The notes below the pieces were generated by a model. That model was not told the DNA's origin. It did no database searches and worked only from the letters and a program-made list of their open reading frames with translations. Both the position numbers and the translations under genes were made by a program. From the NCBI GenBank assembly GCA_951406725.2, contig OX597816.1, positions 169,012,001 through 169,076,000 of the forward strand: DNA of 64,000 bases, written 5' to 3'. Numbering within the stretch: the stretch's first letter is position 1; each line of letters starts with the position of its first letter. The stretch comes from Octopus vulgaris (lineage: Eukaryota). Positions 45,229-60,394 of the stretch are shown in pieces.

Positions 45229-45934
45229 ATCCAGAAATAAGTCATTTGATATCGATGGAGATCAAACCGCTTGCAACATTAAGTGGATTTACATATTGTT
45301 AACATATACGTTAAAGTTGAGATTAATTGTTTGAAAAATTATCATTTAAACACACGCACACCTACACATACACTTAAACCATTTCTAGTGATTATAGTTA
45401 AGTAGAAAAGGATGTAATTTATAAATGGACTGATTGGAGCTTTTTAAGTTAATTGTTAGGCCTGTGTAGAGAAAATGATTTTGAATTTTGCGACATTTGC
45501 AGAAATTAAATTAAAGCTGCATTTGAGATGCAAACTTAGTTTTATATTTCCCCATTAACTTAAATCGTATATTTCTGTTGCTAGTTTGTTCTGTTCTTTT
45601 AAGTTTCCGTAAACATTTCGTCCGTAAACATCAGCATGATAAAATGGCTGAAAGAGAAGATACAACAAAATAAACAAAGCGTTGCAAGCCAGTGTAGTTT
45701 TTTTAGAGGAGTAAGTAGTGTACAAACGGAGTATTGGTCACTTATTAAGCTAGTCATCAGAATTAAAAAAAATTTTTTCGGTAGATGATGGTTGTTTAAG
45801 AAACTGGACTTTGAACTACAGCGCCAAATAGCCAGAGTTGCGTTCTTGCAACTGTTTTGTGCATAGATGATCTTTAGTCACTCCACATCACTCTAGTTAG
45901 GTATCGATTTATATGTACTAAAGTGATTCGTCCA

Positions 45935-47955
45935 AGTTGAACAATGAAAGATTTGGAAGAGCAACAAATTTGCGTGAAATTCTATTTCAAATAACACACA
46001 CACACACACACTACACCGCACACCCAAAATACATAGATACTTTTCTAAAGTTGCATCAAGCCTATGAGGGAAATTATTTGAGCTGTACGCAATGTCAAGA
46101 GTTCTACCATGGTTTTAAACTGGGAAGATTATCCACCGAAAACGATTCCAAACCAGGATGGCTTTTCACCACAATAGACAAAGATTACATTGCGAAAGCG
46201 TGTGCTGTGATTCGTGACAATCGTCACCTGACTCTCCGTACATTTTTGCAAAGAATAAAAATATCTTCTTCTGTAAAAGTTCGTGCTACATAATTTTGAT
46301 AGAAAAAAAAATGATGTAACGTGTTATCGTAAAATTTGTGAACAGAGAACAAAGTTATTGTGAACTAGCTGGACCCGTGAATATTTCACGAAATTAATGG
46401 TAAACCTATTGGGTCATTTTTGGAAACTTTATCCAAAAAACCTGAAAGCATAGCCTGTGCTGTGTTTGCATGGAAAGGTAGTCGCTCATCTGGTACTCAT
46501 TGAAAAATGAAAGAAACTGAAATACGATGATTACTTAATGTATTTTATATATACACTTTATATACTTTATGCACAATTTTATAGACTTAATACACAACCC
46601 TCATTAAAGAAATATTCACTCTTATTTTTCCAGTTTTCCCATAAAATGCACACATCTGCCACGTAAATAAGCGTGAATATTTCACGGAATTGTACTTATG
46701 AGCATGTGTTAAGTGATAGGTGGTATAAAAAAACTTAGTTCAATTTTAGAAAATACACTTTTCAATATCCAATCACCCCAACCATCATCTCTCCCCTCTC
46801 TCCACCTCTCCCTCTCCCTCCTCTCTCTTCGCTCTCTCTGTACCTTTCTTAAACCTCACCATCAGAACATCACCCCTCTGCTAAATTTATATTTTTAACT
46901 CCCCTCCCCTCCATCATCACTCCCTTCAACTAACTTTTTAAATCATGAAATAAATATTACGTTCCCCCTACCTCAAGTTATGGACGCTTCTCTCTCTTTT
47001 TTCTCTTTCCGTTATTTTCTCTGTCTGTCTTTTCTTTCTCCCTCTTTCTGTCTCACTCTTCACCTTATCTTTTTCTCTCCTTTTTCTTTCTTCTCCCTGA
47101 GCTAATCACGTGAAAGCGCGACAATTACATTCCTTCTACCTCACGTCATGGACGCCTCTCTCTCTCTCATTATCTCTAATCACGTGAAAGCGTTACCGAC
47201 GGGCTAAGTAATGGAATGACAAGCAGAATTATTATAAGATTAGTTTATATTTGATAATTCAAATGCTGATGAAAACTTTCTGAAAAGTGTCAAAGCAAGT
47301 GACAAAGTGTGGATAACAGTTACTATATCGAAAAAAAAGTGTATGTGTGTATGTGTGTGAAATGGAATGGGGATGTTAGTCATCCCATCAGGTTGGATAT
47401 TGGCACATCGTTCCAAAAAGAAGCACCAAAACCAAGTAAGCATGTTTTAATCGCTCAAATATGGTTGTGATGTTGATCGTCATTTTTGATTGGAAGGAGG
47501 TTGCTCATAAGCTTCACCTACGTCTTCTGACGGTTGATAAGAGTTTTATCTGGATGTCCCGGAGTGTTTGAAAGACACAGTACGAAAGAAGAGGTCTGAG
47601 ACAAGGATACTCGGCCACCCATTCACCACACTTTACCTATGACTGTTTGCCAAAGAACGAGGCAACTTTCATTTTTCAACCGCCAAACTTTCCTGATTTG
47701 GTTCACGCAGGTTTCTTTGAATTGAAGTTTACCCACGAAAGATCGCCAGTTGCAGACGAGAGAAGAATTCGAAGAAAATTCGATTGGGTAAAGTGGCATA
47801 GCCCTTGAAATGTCTTATAGGAAACGCTCCAAACGTTGGGAGACGTAAGAAGCGATGTATCAACACAAGTTGAAATTATTTCGAATAAATTGTGCATAAA
47901 ACAATAACATTTTTCTTTCTTTTAAATTCGTTTCCGTTTTGGATAGACAGCGTAT
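45935..47955 (+). mobile_element. Mariner transposase remnant split by a Helitron-like insertion
   Basis: EQQICVKF..AY..FKLGR.S.E HTH region; VMLIVIFDW; PPNFPDL (YSPDL-like). Confidence 0.7.
46365..47239 (-). mobile_element. Non-autonomous Helitron-like element
   Basis: 5' TC, hairpin cgtgaa..ttcacg, 3' CTAG. Confidence 0.7.
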
Positions 47956-48642
47956 ACAAAAGATATTTGCTTCAAGCTGAGATTGATCAATGATCTTAGT
48001 TTGATAGTTAGTTTACTATTTGTCAACTTCGTTAACAGACACAAACTAAAAATGTCAGCTGCCAGCTTTCTTCTGTGTCTTAATTTCCCACTTAATGCAT
48101 TACTTCTCAGCAGAAAGTTAATCATACTGACAGTTATATGATATTCGATATGTTTCTACTGACAGTTTGTATATACTGTATAATAAATATAAGCAGGCTT
48201 TCACCCTTCATTCTCACAACGTAGAAGCTTTTATACAGTTCCTTGTCATGCTAGAAAAAGAACATCCCCCAAACCTTTTCTTCAAAAAAAAAAAAAAGGA
48301 AAGATATATTAGCACATATAGTTCTTGATATATATATCCTCATTTGCTTATATATAAAAGAAAAACAGTAAAAATGCGCTAGTCATAGCTGAAATGCCTT
48401 TAATTGTGAGCCTGTTCAATGAGTCTGTTCAATCAGGACACAACAACAACAAATCAACAACAGCGACAACTCAAGAGAGTACAATTTTAGAAACTGAGCT
48501 CATAATTATGTTTGTTGTGTTACCAGCTTTGTTGTCAAAATACATACATACATACATGCATACATACATACATACATACATACATACATACATACATACA
48601 TACATACATACATACATACATGCATACATACATATATATCTG

Positions 48643-48707
<65 letters not shown>

Positions 48708-48711
48708 ATAT

Positions 48712-48974
48712 TGTTGTTGTTTGGTGAAACCAACAACCCAGTAAAAATAGACCAGTAGCCGTTCATCAAGAAAGGGTCAAGAGTCGAAGAGTTGAGAGTC
48801 GACAGTTCTAGTCAGTGTCTTGCGGAGCTATCAACGATAGTAAGACAGAAGTTAGTATATTACTATTCCGGTACGAACAGATACAGCGGTATCCGATGGC
48901 TAGTAACTATTGTGGTTACTAGCGTAAAACAGCAGTCATACATCACACCAGTGGGAGGATCCTACTTTACAACA
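48712..48974. mobile_element. Possible solo LTR
   Basis: TGTTG...CAACA ends, in a TA context. Confidence 0.3.
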
Positions 48975-48989
48975 TATATATGTGTATAT

Positions 48990-49685
48990 ATATTCTTTTA
49001 TTCTTTTACTTGTTTCAGTCATTTGACTGCTGCCATGCTGGAGCACCGCCTTTAGTCGAGGAAATCGACCCCAGGACTTATTCTTTGTAAGCTTAGTACA
49101 TATTCTATCAGCTTTCTTGGCCGAACCGCTAAGCTACGGGCACGTAAACACGCTAACATCGGTTGTCAAGTGATGGTGGTGGACAAACACAGAAAGACAG
49201 ACATAAACACACACACACACACACACACACACAACAAACAATTTACAGTCACACTTAGACTTAATACTTACACAAACAGACTTTGTGTGCGTATGTATTA
49301 GTTACATATATTTCCTCCGTCTTCCTTTTCTCTTGGACTTTCCTCTGTCTCCTGTTTCTGAAAAAGAGCTTTGCTCGAAACCCAAAACATCCTTTCTCTC
49401 CTTCCCTGGGCGCCTTATTAATACTTTGCATGTACAACGTCCTCGCGTTATTGTATTTTCTTGTCTTTTTTTTCTCTGTTTTTTTTTTTTATTATTAACA
49501 ATTAGTTACATATATATATATGTATGTGTGTGTGTTTCTTTCTCTCTCTCTCTCTCTTTTCCATCTTTCCGTTTACCAAATCCACTCACAAGGCTTTGGT
49601 GGGCCCCGATGCTATACTAGAAGACGGACTAAACCGGGAACCACGTAGCTGGGAAGCTGGCTTCTAACCACACAGCCACGTCTGT
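48990..49685 (-). mobile_element. SINE-B split by a Penelope-like insert
   Basis: homology to other copies. Confidence 0.78.
49233..49510 (+). mobile_element. Penelope-like terminal-repeat derivative with decayed hammerhead (49353-49389), inside a SINE-B microsatellite
   Basis: same family as 11226-11472. Confidence 0.6.
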
Positions 49686-49767
49686 CTCATACCTTGGTTA
49701 TATATATCGTGATTATGTATTTGTTTTGCAAGATTACTGTTGTGAAATCGTGTGTTGAAACAGATGT

Positions 49768-50348
49768 TCTTTTCTACTCTAGGCACAAGGCCCGAAATTT
49801 TGGAGGAGGGGGCAAGTCGATTAGATCGATCCCAGTGCACAACTGGTACTTAGTTTATGGACCCCGAAAGGATGAAAGGCAAAGTCGACCTCGGTGGAAT
49901 TTGAACTCAGAACGTAAAGACAGACGAAATACCTATTTCTTTACTACCCACAAGGGGCTAAACACATAAAGAACAAACAAGAACAGACAAACGGATTAAG
50001 TCGATTATATCGATCCCAGTGCGTAACTGGTACTTAATTTATGGACCCCGAAAGGATGAAAGGCAAAGTCGACCTCGGTGGAATTTGAACTCAGAACGTA
50101 AAGACAGACGAAATACCTATTTCTTTACTACCCACAAGGGGCTAAACACAGTGGGGACAAACAAGGACAGACAAACTGAATAAGTCGATTATATCGACCC
50201 CAGTGCGAAACTGGTACTTATTTAATCGCCCCCGAAAGGATGAAAGGCAAAGTCGACCTCGACAGAATTTGAACTCAGAACGTAAAGACAGACGAAATAC
50301 CGCTAAGCATTTCGCCCGGCGTGGCTAACATTTCTGCCAGTTCGCCTC
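49768..50348 (-). mobile_element. SINE-A trimer
   Basis: two invariant junctions at ~49930 and ~50114. Confidence 0.88.
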
Positions 50349-50817
50349 TGTTTCAACAGATATTGTTATATTTCGAGATGGTCATTTTCTTTGCCAAACA
50401 AGCACAAACGCGCTATATACATGCTCTTCACTTCAGCTTTATTATTACTTATATTTTAGTGTCCTTTCGAATATTTCGTCACACTTGTGACCTCTGCAGC
50501 GACTCTCCATCCCACGTGTCTCCTCCTGTACTATTTAGTCTATTCTCAGAACACACACACACATACACACACACATACAAACACACACACACACACACAT
50601 ACACACAAACACACACATACACACACAGAGTTTCTGTCTACTAATTTTAATTCAGGGAGCAGTAATCAAACTGAGGGCACTGCAAGGATGCTTCCCCAAG
50701 TTACCACACACCTAACCTGGATCGAATCCGTGGCTAGTTGAAGCGAACTACTTATTCACATAGCAACATTTGCATTTACTATATAATTAATAAAATATGC
50801 ATCAAAATTTTGTATAC

Positions 50818-50985
50818 CTTCTCAATATAAGAATTCTTTCCGTTTGGCGAAGTCAAACAGTCTGTTGTAATTCTCCGATCTCGGCAACAAGACTGTGGTA
50901 TTATTGTGGTTGTTCCATTGTAATTCTTTGTCCAGAGATTGGTTCTTTCAAAATCAGTGTAATTATTAACACCACAGCACTCAAA
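50818..50985 (-). CDS. Tetraspanin, EC2 variable-region exon (168 nt): FECCGVNNYTDFERTNLWTKNYNGTTTIIPQSCCRDRRITTDCLTSPNGKNSYIEK
   Basis: CCG and PxSCC motifs; ttcttttatag acceptor, GT donor; phase 0/0. Confidence 0.95.
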
Positions 50986-52450
50986 CTATAAAAGAATACA
51001 TATAAATAAATATAAATTTAAGTATTGCATACTACAAAGAAAATGAATAGAAGGATATGTTTAAGTTTCGTGTGTTATTTTGAGTGTCCTAGATATGACT
51101 TTATTCTGCCTCCGGTCGTGGGAGCCCTGATTCAGGAGCTTGAGTTTTGAGGAGTGTGGACCCACCACGTAGCTATTATTGTCCACCATATCTACTCTAA
51201 ATCGGAATAATAGTAACTGTAAGAGCCCCAGCTATGAGTTAATGGCATGTAGCCACCCGAGTTGGAAACAAGCGATGCAGCATGATGAATGTCAACTACT
51301 TCGGCAAATGAACTTAATGAATATGGATGAGCAGACAATTTGTCAACAGCCAGGATCAACCAGTTCAGTTAGCAACGAACTACTTCTATTATCCGTTGTC
51401 ATGGCGTGCGAAGATGAAATATTTCAGCTAGCGAAAGACCAATGTGGCTAAAACCCTACAGAAGTTCATGCCGCATCGCTTGATCAGGGCGTCTGATGTG
51501 GAAGAGTTACTTTGGCAAGACACCCGACCAAATGATGATTATTATGAAATGTATATAGATAAATACAAGTTTAAGTATAGTGTACTAAATACGACTACTT
51601 CAGAGAAAGAAAACAGCTATATCTATAAAAGGCAAGATGTGTGTGTGTTTGTGTGTGTGTACGTGAATATAATTTATGCACGCCCACACATTAGCACGCA
51701 GGTCGCTCCAATTTTAGGAAAACGTTGGTCACGACCATGGCTGTGTTTTTGTCAACTTATTTTTCCTGAGGCACCCGCGGTAGGCAGTAAAAATCGATTG
51801 TCAACAATAACTTTTACCAATTTTCACGATTGTGAAATCCGTAAGTTTGCTAATATGAGTTAAGTCCCCTGTCTAGTAATGGCGGAAAAGAAAAACAAAG
51901 GGTAAATTTTTAGATTAACACCCGCACGATTTTCACTAAGAAAAAGAAAAAACTCGGATTTTTTGCGTGGAATCAAGTACCCTGACCTCCTAATATGCTG
52001 CAAATCCCTTATTGTGGTTTGGGACGGGGCAAGGGGACACCCCCCCATCCCAGAATCATTGGAAATTTTCTTTTACGTTGAATGAATTCCTGTGACCTAA
52101 TATGCTACAAGACCCTTTTTGGGGTTTGAAAAACAGGGTGGGGGGAAGTGGAAGCCTCAGAAGTTTCACCCCCACCACATTGATCTTTTCACCTGCACGA
52201 TTTTCACCAAGGAAAAAAAATAGAAATAGGATTTTTTTCTGTGTGGAATCAAGTACCCTGACTTCCTAATATGCTACAAAACCTTTTTTGGGGGTCCGAA
52301 AAACGGGCTGGGGTGAGGTGGAAGCCTCTGAAATTTTATCCATTCCCAACATTTTACAGAAATAAATTTTCCAGATTCTGAATTACATGCTTCGTTGTTA
52401 AATATATATATATATATATATATATGTATAATATGCGACGTTTATTTGGT

Positions 52451-52522
52451 AGCCATGATAAAACTCCGAGTTTTGGATGTCGGGGCGGAAATCCCCGCCG
52501 CCATCTCTTCAGTTATTCGGCC
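52451..52522 (-). ncRNA. Type I hammerhead motif, G12A variant
   Basis: GGCCGAAUAA-CUGAAGA-GAUG..CAUC-C-AAAA-CUC(G)GAG-UU-UUAUCAUGGCU. Confidence 0.55.
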
Positions 52523-53296
52523 ATCGAATAAAATGCTATGAAAATGGCCGTTAAACAAAGGGAAATTACTGTGTGATTGACAGTTATTAAGACAAAAGAG
52601 CTATGAATGACCGCTAAGAGAGGGGAGGGAGTAAAGGTAAGTGAGTAAAAATGTTCATAGTATTCGCGTAAGCGCATGTACATATATACACATGCGCGCC
52701 CGCACACCCACGTACATGCGCCTATAAGTATATATTCATTCACCCTCAGTTGAAACACACACATGCTCACCCACATATTTGCCAAAAATAATTACATACC
52801 CCCCTCCACACACGCGTACAAAAAAGGTTCATACACACATCTATATACGCTCATGCACTAGAAAAACCAAGGCTAAAGGCAAAATACGCAATGTGCGATG
52901 CACGCGTGTATTGCGTTGGCTCGAGTACTGTTAGAAGGGGAGATCAATGTTTCATAAATCTGCTTAGCCGTTTCCAGCTAGCAGATTGGTATAAACTAGA
53001 CGACACAAACGCTCCATTAGGACATAGATGAATAGCGACGAATAATCTAGATCTTATCTAGACAGAATGCTAATTAGGGAACTAGGTAAGAACTTAGTTA
53101 GTCGTTCACATTTTCACTATGGCAGCTACAGCAACCACAAATTTGTGACCTGTGAGCTTGACGTCGATTTTATTATAAACTTTTAATTAATTTTATATAT
53201 TTGTGTTTTTAATCCTTGCCCTAGATCATTGTACCGTCCCCTCTATGTTTGGCCCACTGTGGGCAATAAAGAATTAAGAATCGTTAGCACGCCTGT

Positions 53297-54948
53297 TGGT
53301 GTCGGTCGTCTTTTTTACGGATAAATGCAAAACGTTGAACAGAAAAAAAGGGTTAGTGAAAAATTGAAAATTGTGAAAATTGAGCTTAATTTGTTATTGT
53401 ATTGTTGAACACTTGTATTGCTGTTTTATGGATGAATTGTTTTGCGCTGTTCCCTTTTTGTAGAGGGATGCGTAGCTTCAAGGATGTCCAGTTCGAATAT
53501 CATGCGCTCGGCTGAGTATTCCTCCACAGAAGAGGAACTCCTTAGAGCAACTGACAACGTAGACAAAATGAATTTTGCAAAGACAGCTAAAAGTCACTAG
53601 AAAAATATTAATTTGAACCAGATTGGAATGTTTAATGAACTATTGAAAAAGAGGGAAAAATGTAAATGTGTCCTCGCCCCAAGATGTCATGTTAAGTCAA
53701 AAGGAGAAATGGTGTTTCGAACGCTCTCAGCGGAGAGTCAAAAACTTGAAATAATGACGTAAAGTCAAAAAGAAAAAGCGTTAAAGCCCATATGGGGCGA
53801 AATAATGCATATAAATAGAGGCAGGAAGTACGGCGCAGTGGAGGTGCGGTTCAGGGATGAAGCAACACCAGGCTGCACTCTGTAACCCCACTGAAGACGA
53901 AGGAGGTAGTTCTTTTACCCACATATCTCGGAAGGTGTACTTCTAGGAAGAGGGTGGAAGACATACCCCCAGAGAGAGATGCAGCCTGGTTAGTAGACGC
54001 GATCCTGTTAGGTTTGGAGGAGAAAGTGGTAGTCCTCCAAGCCACGTTCACGGCCCATCAGAACTGACAGGCACAAGGGCTGGAGATACTGATTCAAGTT
54101 ACCCCTGAAGACATTGGAAATATGATTGAAACCATCACGGTAGAAGATGTAGTGCTGAAAGTTAAAGTGGGGGCAGAATCCCTAGGTGTTACCAATGTGG
54201 CCAAAAGAGTCACATTAGGGTTGACTGCCCTTCACCTTCCGCTGACGCCAAAAACAAAAAGGAAACCGCACCTCCGCCCCCTCCAGAAACCAATATAGAA
54301 ACAACATTAAAGGAAGGATGTGAAAAATAGAAAAGAAAAGAGTCCCACCACATGCCCACCCAGCGCCCACCCAAACCCACTTTGCCACACCCTTCCGCTC
54401 AACCACCGGTCCTTCCCCTAACCCGACCGACATGGAAAAATCTTGCATGCACTCATAGGTGTCTCAAAATTCCAAACCACCTCCCCGTTAAATAAAAAAA
54501 AAAGAAAACAAAGTAACAAAATTCATTTTTTTTTAATAAACAATTGTTAACCGAAATCAAGAGTTTGGAAAGTGCGAGATTGGTAAATATTTGGAACCAA
54601 ATCCCCACGCATTTGAGATGTGCAATAATCGATACAATAAACAAAAAGAAATTGGAGAATTATGAGGAAGGGAAATACTTCGAAATCAAAATTGGAAAAA
54701 ATAGAAATACCGTGCATGATAAGTGCTGAAAAATTTAAATTCAAACTTTAATATTAACGTTGCAGACTTTGTTAAAAAAAGTTATCAAAAGTGAAATGAT
54801 GGCGCCCGGAGGTGGGGGCTGAGCGTCGTCATTACATACACCTTTCATTTTTCAATTTCACCCCTTTCATCCGTTTCACCTACCCACATATTTGTATTAT
54901 CTTGTATTGTCCCCTCAGTATTTCGCCCCTTGTGGGTAATAAATAATT
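53297..54948 (+). mobile_element. ORF1-only (gag-like, CCHC) Tx1/L1-type non-autonomous retroelement, pseudogenised
   Basis: broken ORF with CYQCGQKSHIRVDC at 54187-54228; no RT seen; tail matches SINE-A tail; flanked by agaatc(g/a)ttagcacgc. Confidence 0.7.
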
Positions 54949-54978
54949 TAGAATCATTAGCACGCTGGACCAGATACT

Positions 54979-55213
54979 TATTTCTTTACTACCCACAAGG
55001 GGCTAAACACAGAGAGAGAGCAAACAAGGACAGATAAACGGATTAAGTCGGTTATATCGACCCCAGTGCGTAACTGGTACTTATTTAATCGACCCCGAAA
55101 GGATGAAAGGCAAAGTCGACCTCGGCGGAATTTGAACTCAGAACGTAAAGACAGACGAAATACGGCTACGCATTTCGCCCGGCGTGCTAACGTTTCTGCC
55201 AGCTCGCCACCTT
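54979..55213 (-). mobile_element. SINE-A monomer inside an older, opposite-strand SINE-A variant (54949-55395)
   Basis: TSD ccagatact. Confidence 0.85.
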
Positions 55214-55449
55214 CCAGATACTATGCAGCATTTCGCTCGTCTTTAGGTTCTGAGTTCAGATTAGGTCAAGGTTGAGTTTTGCCTTTCATTCTAACGGCGT
55301 CGATAAAATAACAACTAGTTGAGCACTGGAGTCGATGTAACCGACTTACCCCTACCCTGAAACTGTTGGCCTTGCGCCAAAGATTGGAAACCAATATTTA
55401 AGGAAGGAGAAAATGTGAACTTGGAGTCTTCATGCTTTTCACAACATTG

Positions 55450-56312
<863 letters not shown>

Positions 56313-56419
56313 AGTATTTAAATACTTTCAATCAGAAATCAATATCCATGGTCTCACTTCGCTATTACATTGACTTATTTCGTTGAAAATATATAAACGG
56401 TTAAAAGATTAATGCTTAC

Positions 56420-56530
56420 CGTTATCTGGAATGAATTCAATATTTGAGTAAACGTATTGTTAGAATTAACTTTGCCATCAAAACTGGATGAGATTTCTTG
56501 GAGAACTTCATTTTCCAAATGGTTTTGCCA
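56420..56530 (-). CDS. Tetraspanin, EC2 helices A/B exon (111 nt): WQNHLENEVLQEISSSFDGKVNSNNTFTQILNSFQIT
   Basis: ttggtag acceptor, GTAAGC donor, phase 0/0, open frame joining TM3 to the CCG exon. Confidence 0.9.
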
Positions 56531-56641
56531 CTACCAAGTAGAAATTTTAGAATAATATTTGCGATTTAATCTCATATTCGTATATACATTATACACAGAT
56601 ACAGCAGAACACAAACAAAAAATAAATATATATATATATGC

Positions 56642-56781
<140 letters not shown>

Positions 56782-56920
56782 GCATGTATATACATATATG
56801 CCTGTATATACATATATGCCTGTATATATAGACAGATAGATGGATGTATATATACTTATATATATATATATATATATATGTATGCTTATAAATATCTACA
56901 TCTATCTATCTATCTATCTA

Positions 56921-56960
<40 letters not shown>

Positions 56961-57293
56961 TGTGTATATGTGTGTATGTGCCTCTGTGTATGTAGTTTTG
57001 AATCTCATATTTTTTCTTCCCTCTGTGCATGTACACACACTTTAAGATTTATCTGTAACTTTAGAAATATCTTTTATGCTTTCATAATAACACCAATGGC
57101 GTGAGCGAAGTAGTTCAAGCAAACGCTCTTTTCACACCACACTTCCTCAAGAAAAAAAATCACAGACACACAGACAGACACACACGCACACAGATACACA
57201 CATAGACACAGACACACATGCACATGCAACTGAGCATAAATCACAAAATATTTTATTGAAAGTCTATTCCAGGAAACGGAAAAAATGCCTTAC

Positions 57294-57368
57294 CTTATCT
57301 TTAAACATGAATCCCATTGTGGCAGATGATACTTGCAGTGTGAGGGCTGACGCGATAATGGCAATGTA
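57294..57368 (-). CDS. Tetraspanin, TM3 exon (75 nt): YIAIIASALTLQVSSATMGFMFKDK
   Basis: tttgaaacag acceptor, GTAAGG donor, phase 0/0; hydrophobic helix with polar Q ending in GFxFKDK, typical of tetraspanin TM3. Confidence 0.9.
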
Positions 57369-58269
57369 CTGTTTCAAAGATAAATAAAGCCGCCAGTTAT
57401 TTCATAACATATTCATCTATTTCTTCATCCGACAAAATAGTGGTGTAATAAATTGTAGTTATTTCAGACAAGAGAAAAAATATTTTGTTTCACTTTTTGA
57501 TATATTCTTTTCACTTATGCACAAGGACAGATTTTCTTCTTTTCTAAGGAGGGTCTTCAGTTGACCGATTAAACTTACTGTTACATAACTCATTGTTCTC
57601 GGAGTGATAGAAAGCCGTATCAACTCCGGTAGTACTTGGAATCAAAACCTAAACTTGCGAAAACAAGTATCACATTGCAGTTTCTCCCATAAACATTAAT
57701 AACGTTTCATGAATTTCGACTAAAATGAAAAAAAAGACAAAACAACAATAAAAAAACCCAAAACAAACAAACCCAAAGCAAAAAATGTCGGTGGATAGGT
57801 AGAAGCGCAGGGCTTTAAACCGTCTATTTCCGTTTGCTTTTCTTTCTCAGTTCAGTTCTTGGAGAGACTTCATATTTTACTGGCTTAGCCAGAGGAGAGA
57901 AGTCAGCGCTCATAACACTTTCAGAACCTCCGTGACTTAAGGAAGGACCTGACTCTAATATTTGCAAGATAATGAACTCTGCTAAAGGCCCTCAGGGGCC
58001 AGATGGTGGTGTGATAACGAGCGACGGGTATGTCTACCGCACAACAGAAACGGTTTCTTCAACGACTTACCACAAAATTTCCATCTACGAAAGTTCTCAA
58101 AAACACTTTAATACCCAAAATTATGGCAGACGATGTTTGCACAGAGATGAGAATTACGATCGAACCCGAAATTATGTGATTACAAGGCAGGCTTTTTAAC
58201 CACACAGCCTCATCTGGGACCGATATTATATTGGAGTTAATGCGAAAATTGCCTTCTTCGTTTACTAAA

Positions 58270-59170
58270 AAATAGTGCGTTATAGTACTGAAATAGAAGA
58301 TTGGACAAAAAAATTAAATAGGCAAATGTCAGAAATATATACATGAAACAAGAGTTGCCAGAAAGAGGACGTATTAGCATTTCTAGTTGAGTAAATAACA
58401 AACACAAAGATTAGTGAACCACTACCTTGAAAGGAATGAAGAACTACTTAAACAGGCTGAAATGGACTTATTATTCCGTTGGACTTGAAAGGAAGTAAGC
58501 TTACCAAAGCAGGATAATTTGTGAAAGAAATGTAACACTAGAAGAAATGTAGTTACATGGACAGTTCCATAGAAACAACAAAATTGTGAGAAATCACGGC
58601 TCATAAGATTGGCTCTGAAGTGGAGATTTAAAGAGAAAAACTGAGAGTTTCTTGGTTGGTCAAGACCAAGCTCGAGACATTAGTTCAGTGAACAAACATA
58701 TGTATTCCTGCGCTTCAACAAACATTGTACTACCTAACTGATCAGCGAGTGGAAAAACATATAGCAGGCTGTAAAATCTTAACTCAGAAAGCGAAGTTCA
58801 TGATAAAATCTGTCTGTTTACGCTGGTTACTTTGTAAAAAAACTATGGCATGTGGTACAACCATGAACCAGAAATGGCTCTAAATGAACCTGGTAAACCA
58901 AAAGTACTGTGGGATTTTGACATCCAGACAGAACACCCTAGATCATTTATCATTAAATATGACTTTTAAGTAGAGCTGTAAAGAACAAGAGGATGCTCAG
59001 CAGCAAAAGTGAAAGTAGTACCAGTTATCGGAGCGTTTAGTTCAATTTTTACGAAACTATTATACTCTCTGGAACGGGTGGGCATTAAAACAGATATCTG
59101 AGTACTCCAAAAAATCGTTCCTTGGAACAACTCACATTCTTAGAAAGGCACTTTCTGTCGAAGCTTTACG
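58270..59170 (+). mobile_element. Degenerate R4/Dong-like LINE 3' region
   Basis: frameshifted WL..GDLKRKTE..QDQ, WYNHEP, VLWDFDIQT, VVPVIG, GTTHILRK motifs. Confidence 0.7.
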
Positions 59171-59299
59171 TTAAGGTTTGACAGTTAATACGAAGAAAAC
59201 CAACAAAAACTAGTATTTAATATCCCCACTGGTCAGTGAAATATGATAAAGAATATCGAAACAAATGGTTTCTGTAGGTTATTGATCTGCTGAGTGATC

Positions 59300-60080
59300 A
59301 CAGTCAACTTCAGTGATTTCCGAGCTATTCCGTATTTTGTCGGGATTTTTCGGTTTCATCTACTTTTCCTTTCTCGCATCAGTCAGCTTGGCAAATAATG
59401 CTGCATTCATACATCCTACCACATCTAGAGAAATTTATCTACCTCGCTTCTACCATCTGGATGGTATTTCATACTAACAAAATTCCCACAGAATAAGCAT
59501 CTGAAAAGAAAAGAAGAGATACTTTCATGCTCTGTGCAGCTTTCTTTTCAACTTGCAGATGGTTCATCTGTTATTTTTATTTTTTGCCAAGCGGATTTCT
59601 AGCATCTTTGCACAATCCTTATAAAAATTATTCCCCAGAGCATGATGATATTACAAGTAATATTTAATTCATAGAAAGTTTGGTTTACAGTTACTCTTTG
59701 GTTTACTTCCAGCTGTAAGACCCTTAATGGGGTATTGTCCTTACATTTGGAACAGTAATGTACCACTTATACAATGGAAAAGAAAATTTGCTTCATTGAC
59801 AAGGATTCATCAGTACTGCAAATTCTGACCAACAGCTTGGTGGATAAGTCGCCTCTGCCTAGAATTTTATTGCAGTAGTTGACACTAAGCTGTTCAACTA
59901 TATCGGTACGACTACAAAGATTATGGGCGTTGCTTCTCCTTTTGCTTAAATTATATAAAAAGGCGACACTCAAGTACACATGTACAAAACGTAAGTGTAA
60001 GCAACTGACTCCATCTGAAAATCGAAACGGTGTCATGTGTTGTGAGACCCAATTGTTACCGATCAAAACTTATCGCCAAT
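59300..60080 (-). mobile_element. Possible degenerate pogo-like transposase with C-terminal PHD-like finger
   Basis: decayed resemblance to LP..TH..QPLDVA.F and CLFCG..*I..SRCGR..EC. Confidence 0.35.
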
Positions 60081-60312
60081 TAAAATACTCGTACAAATTT
60101 AACTACTAGTTCAATCAGATACGTGAAAAATAGTTCACAATTTTCAGTTAAGAAAAGTTCAGGTGCAATAGATGATAGACAATACGTTATTTTTGTTATC
60201 GCTTTATTAGATTTGTATTGACGAAAATATTGCCAAAAGACAAAGATATATCAATGAAATATGTTAACGTTTACAAGGTTCTGCAAAACGTAACTTAATA
60301 CATATGTACATA

Positions 60313-60394
<82 letters not shown>

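Noticed and set aside
59475-59500. 26-nt exon candidate (AYSVGILL) upstream of the TM3 exon
   Set aside because: Lies within a probable transposase remnant and does not fit the usual tetraspanin exon phase
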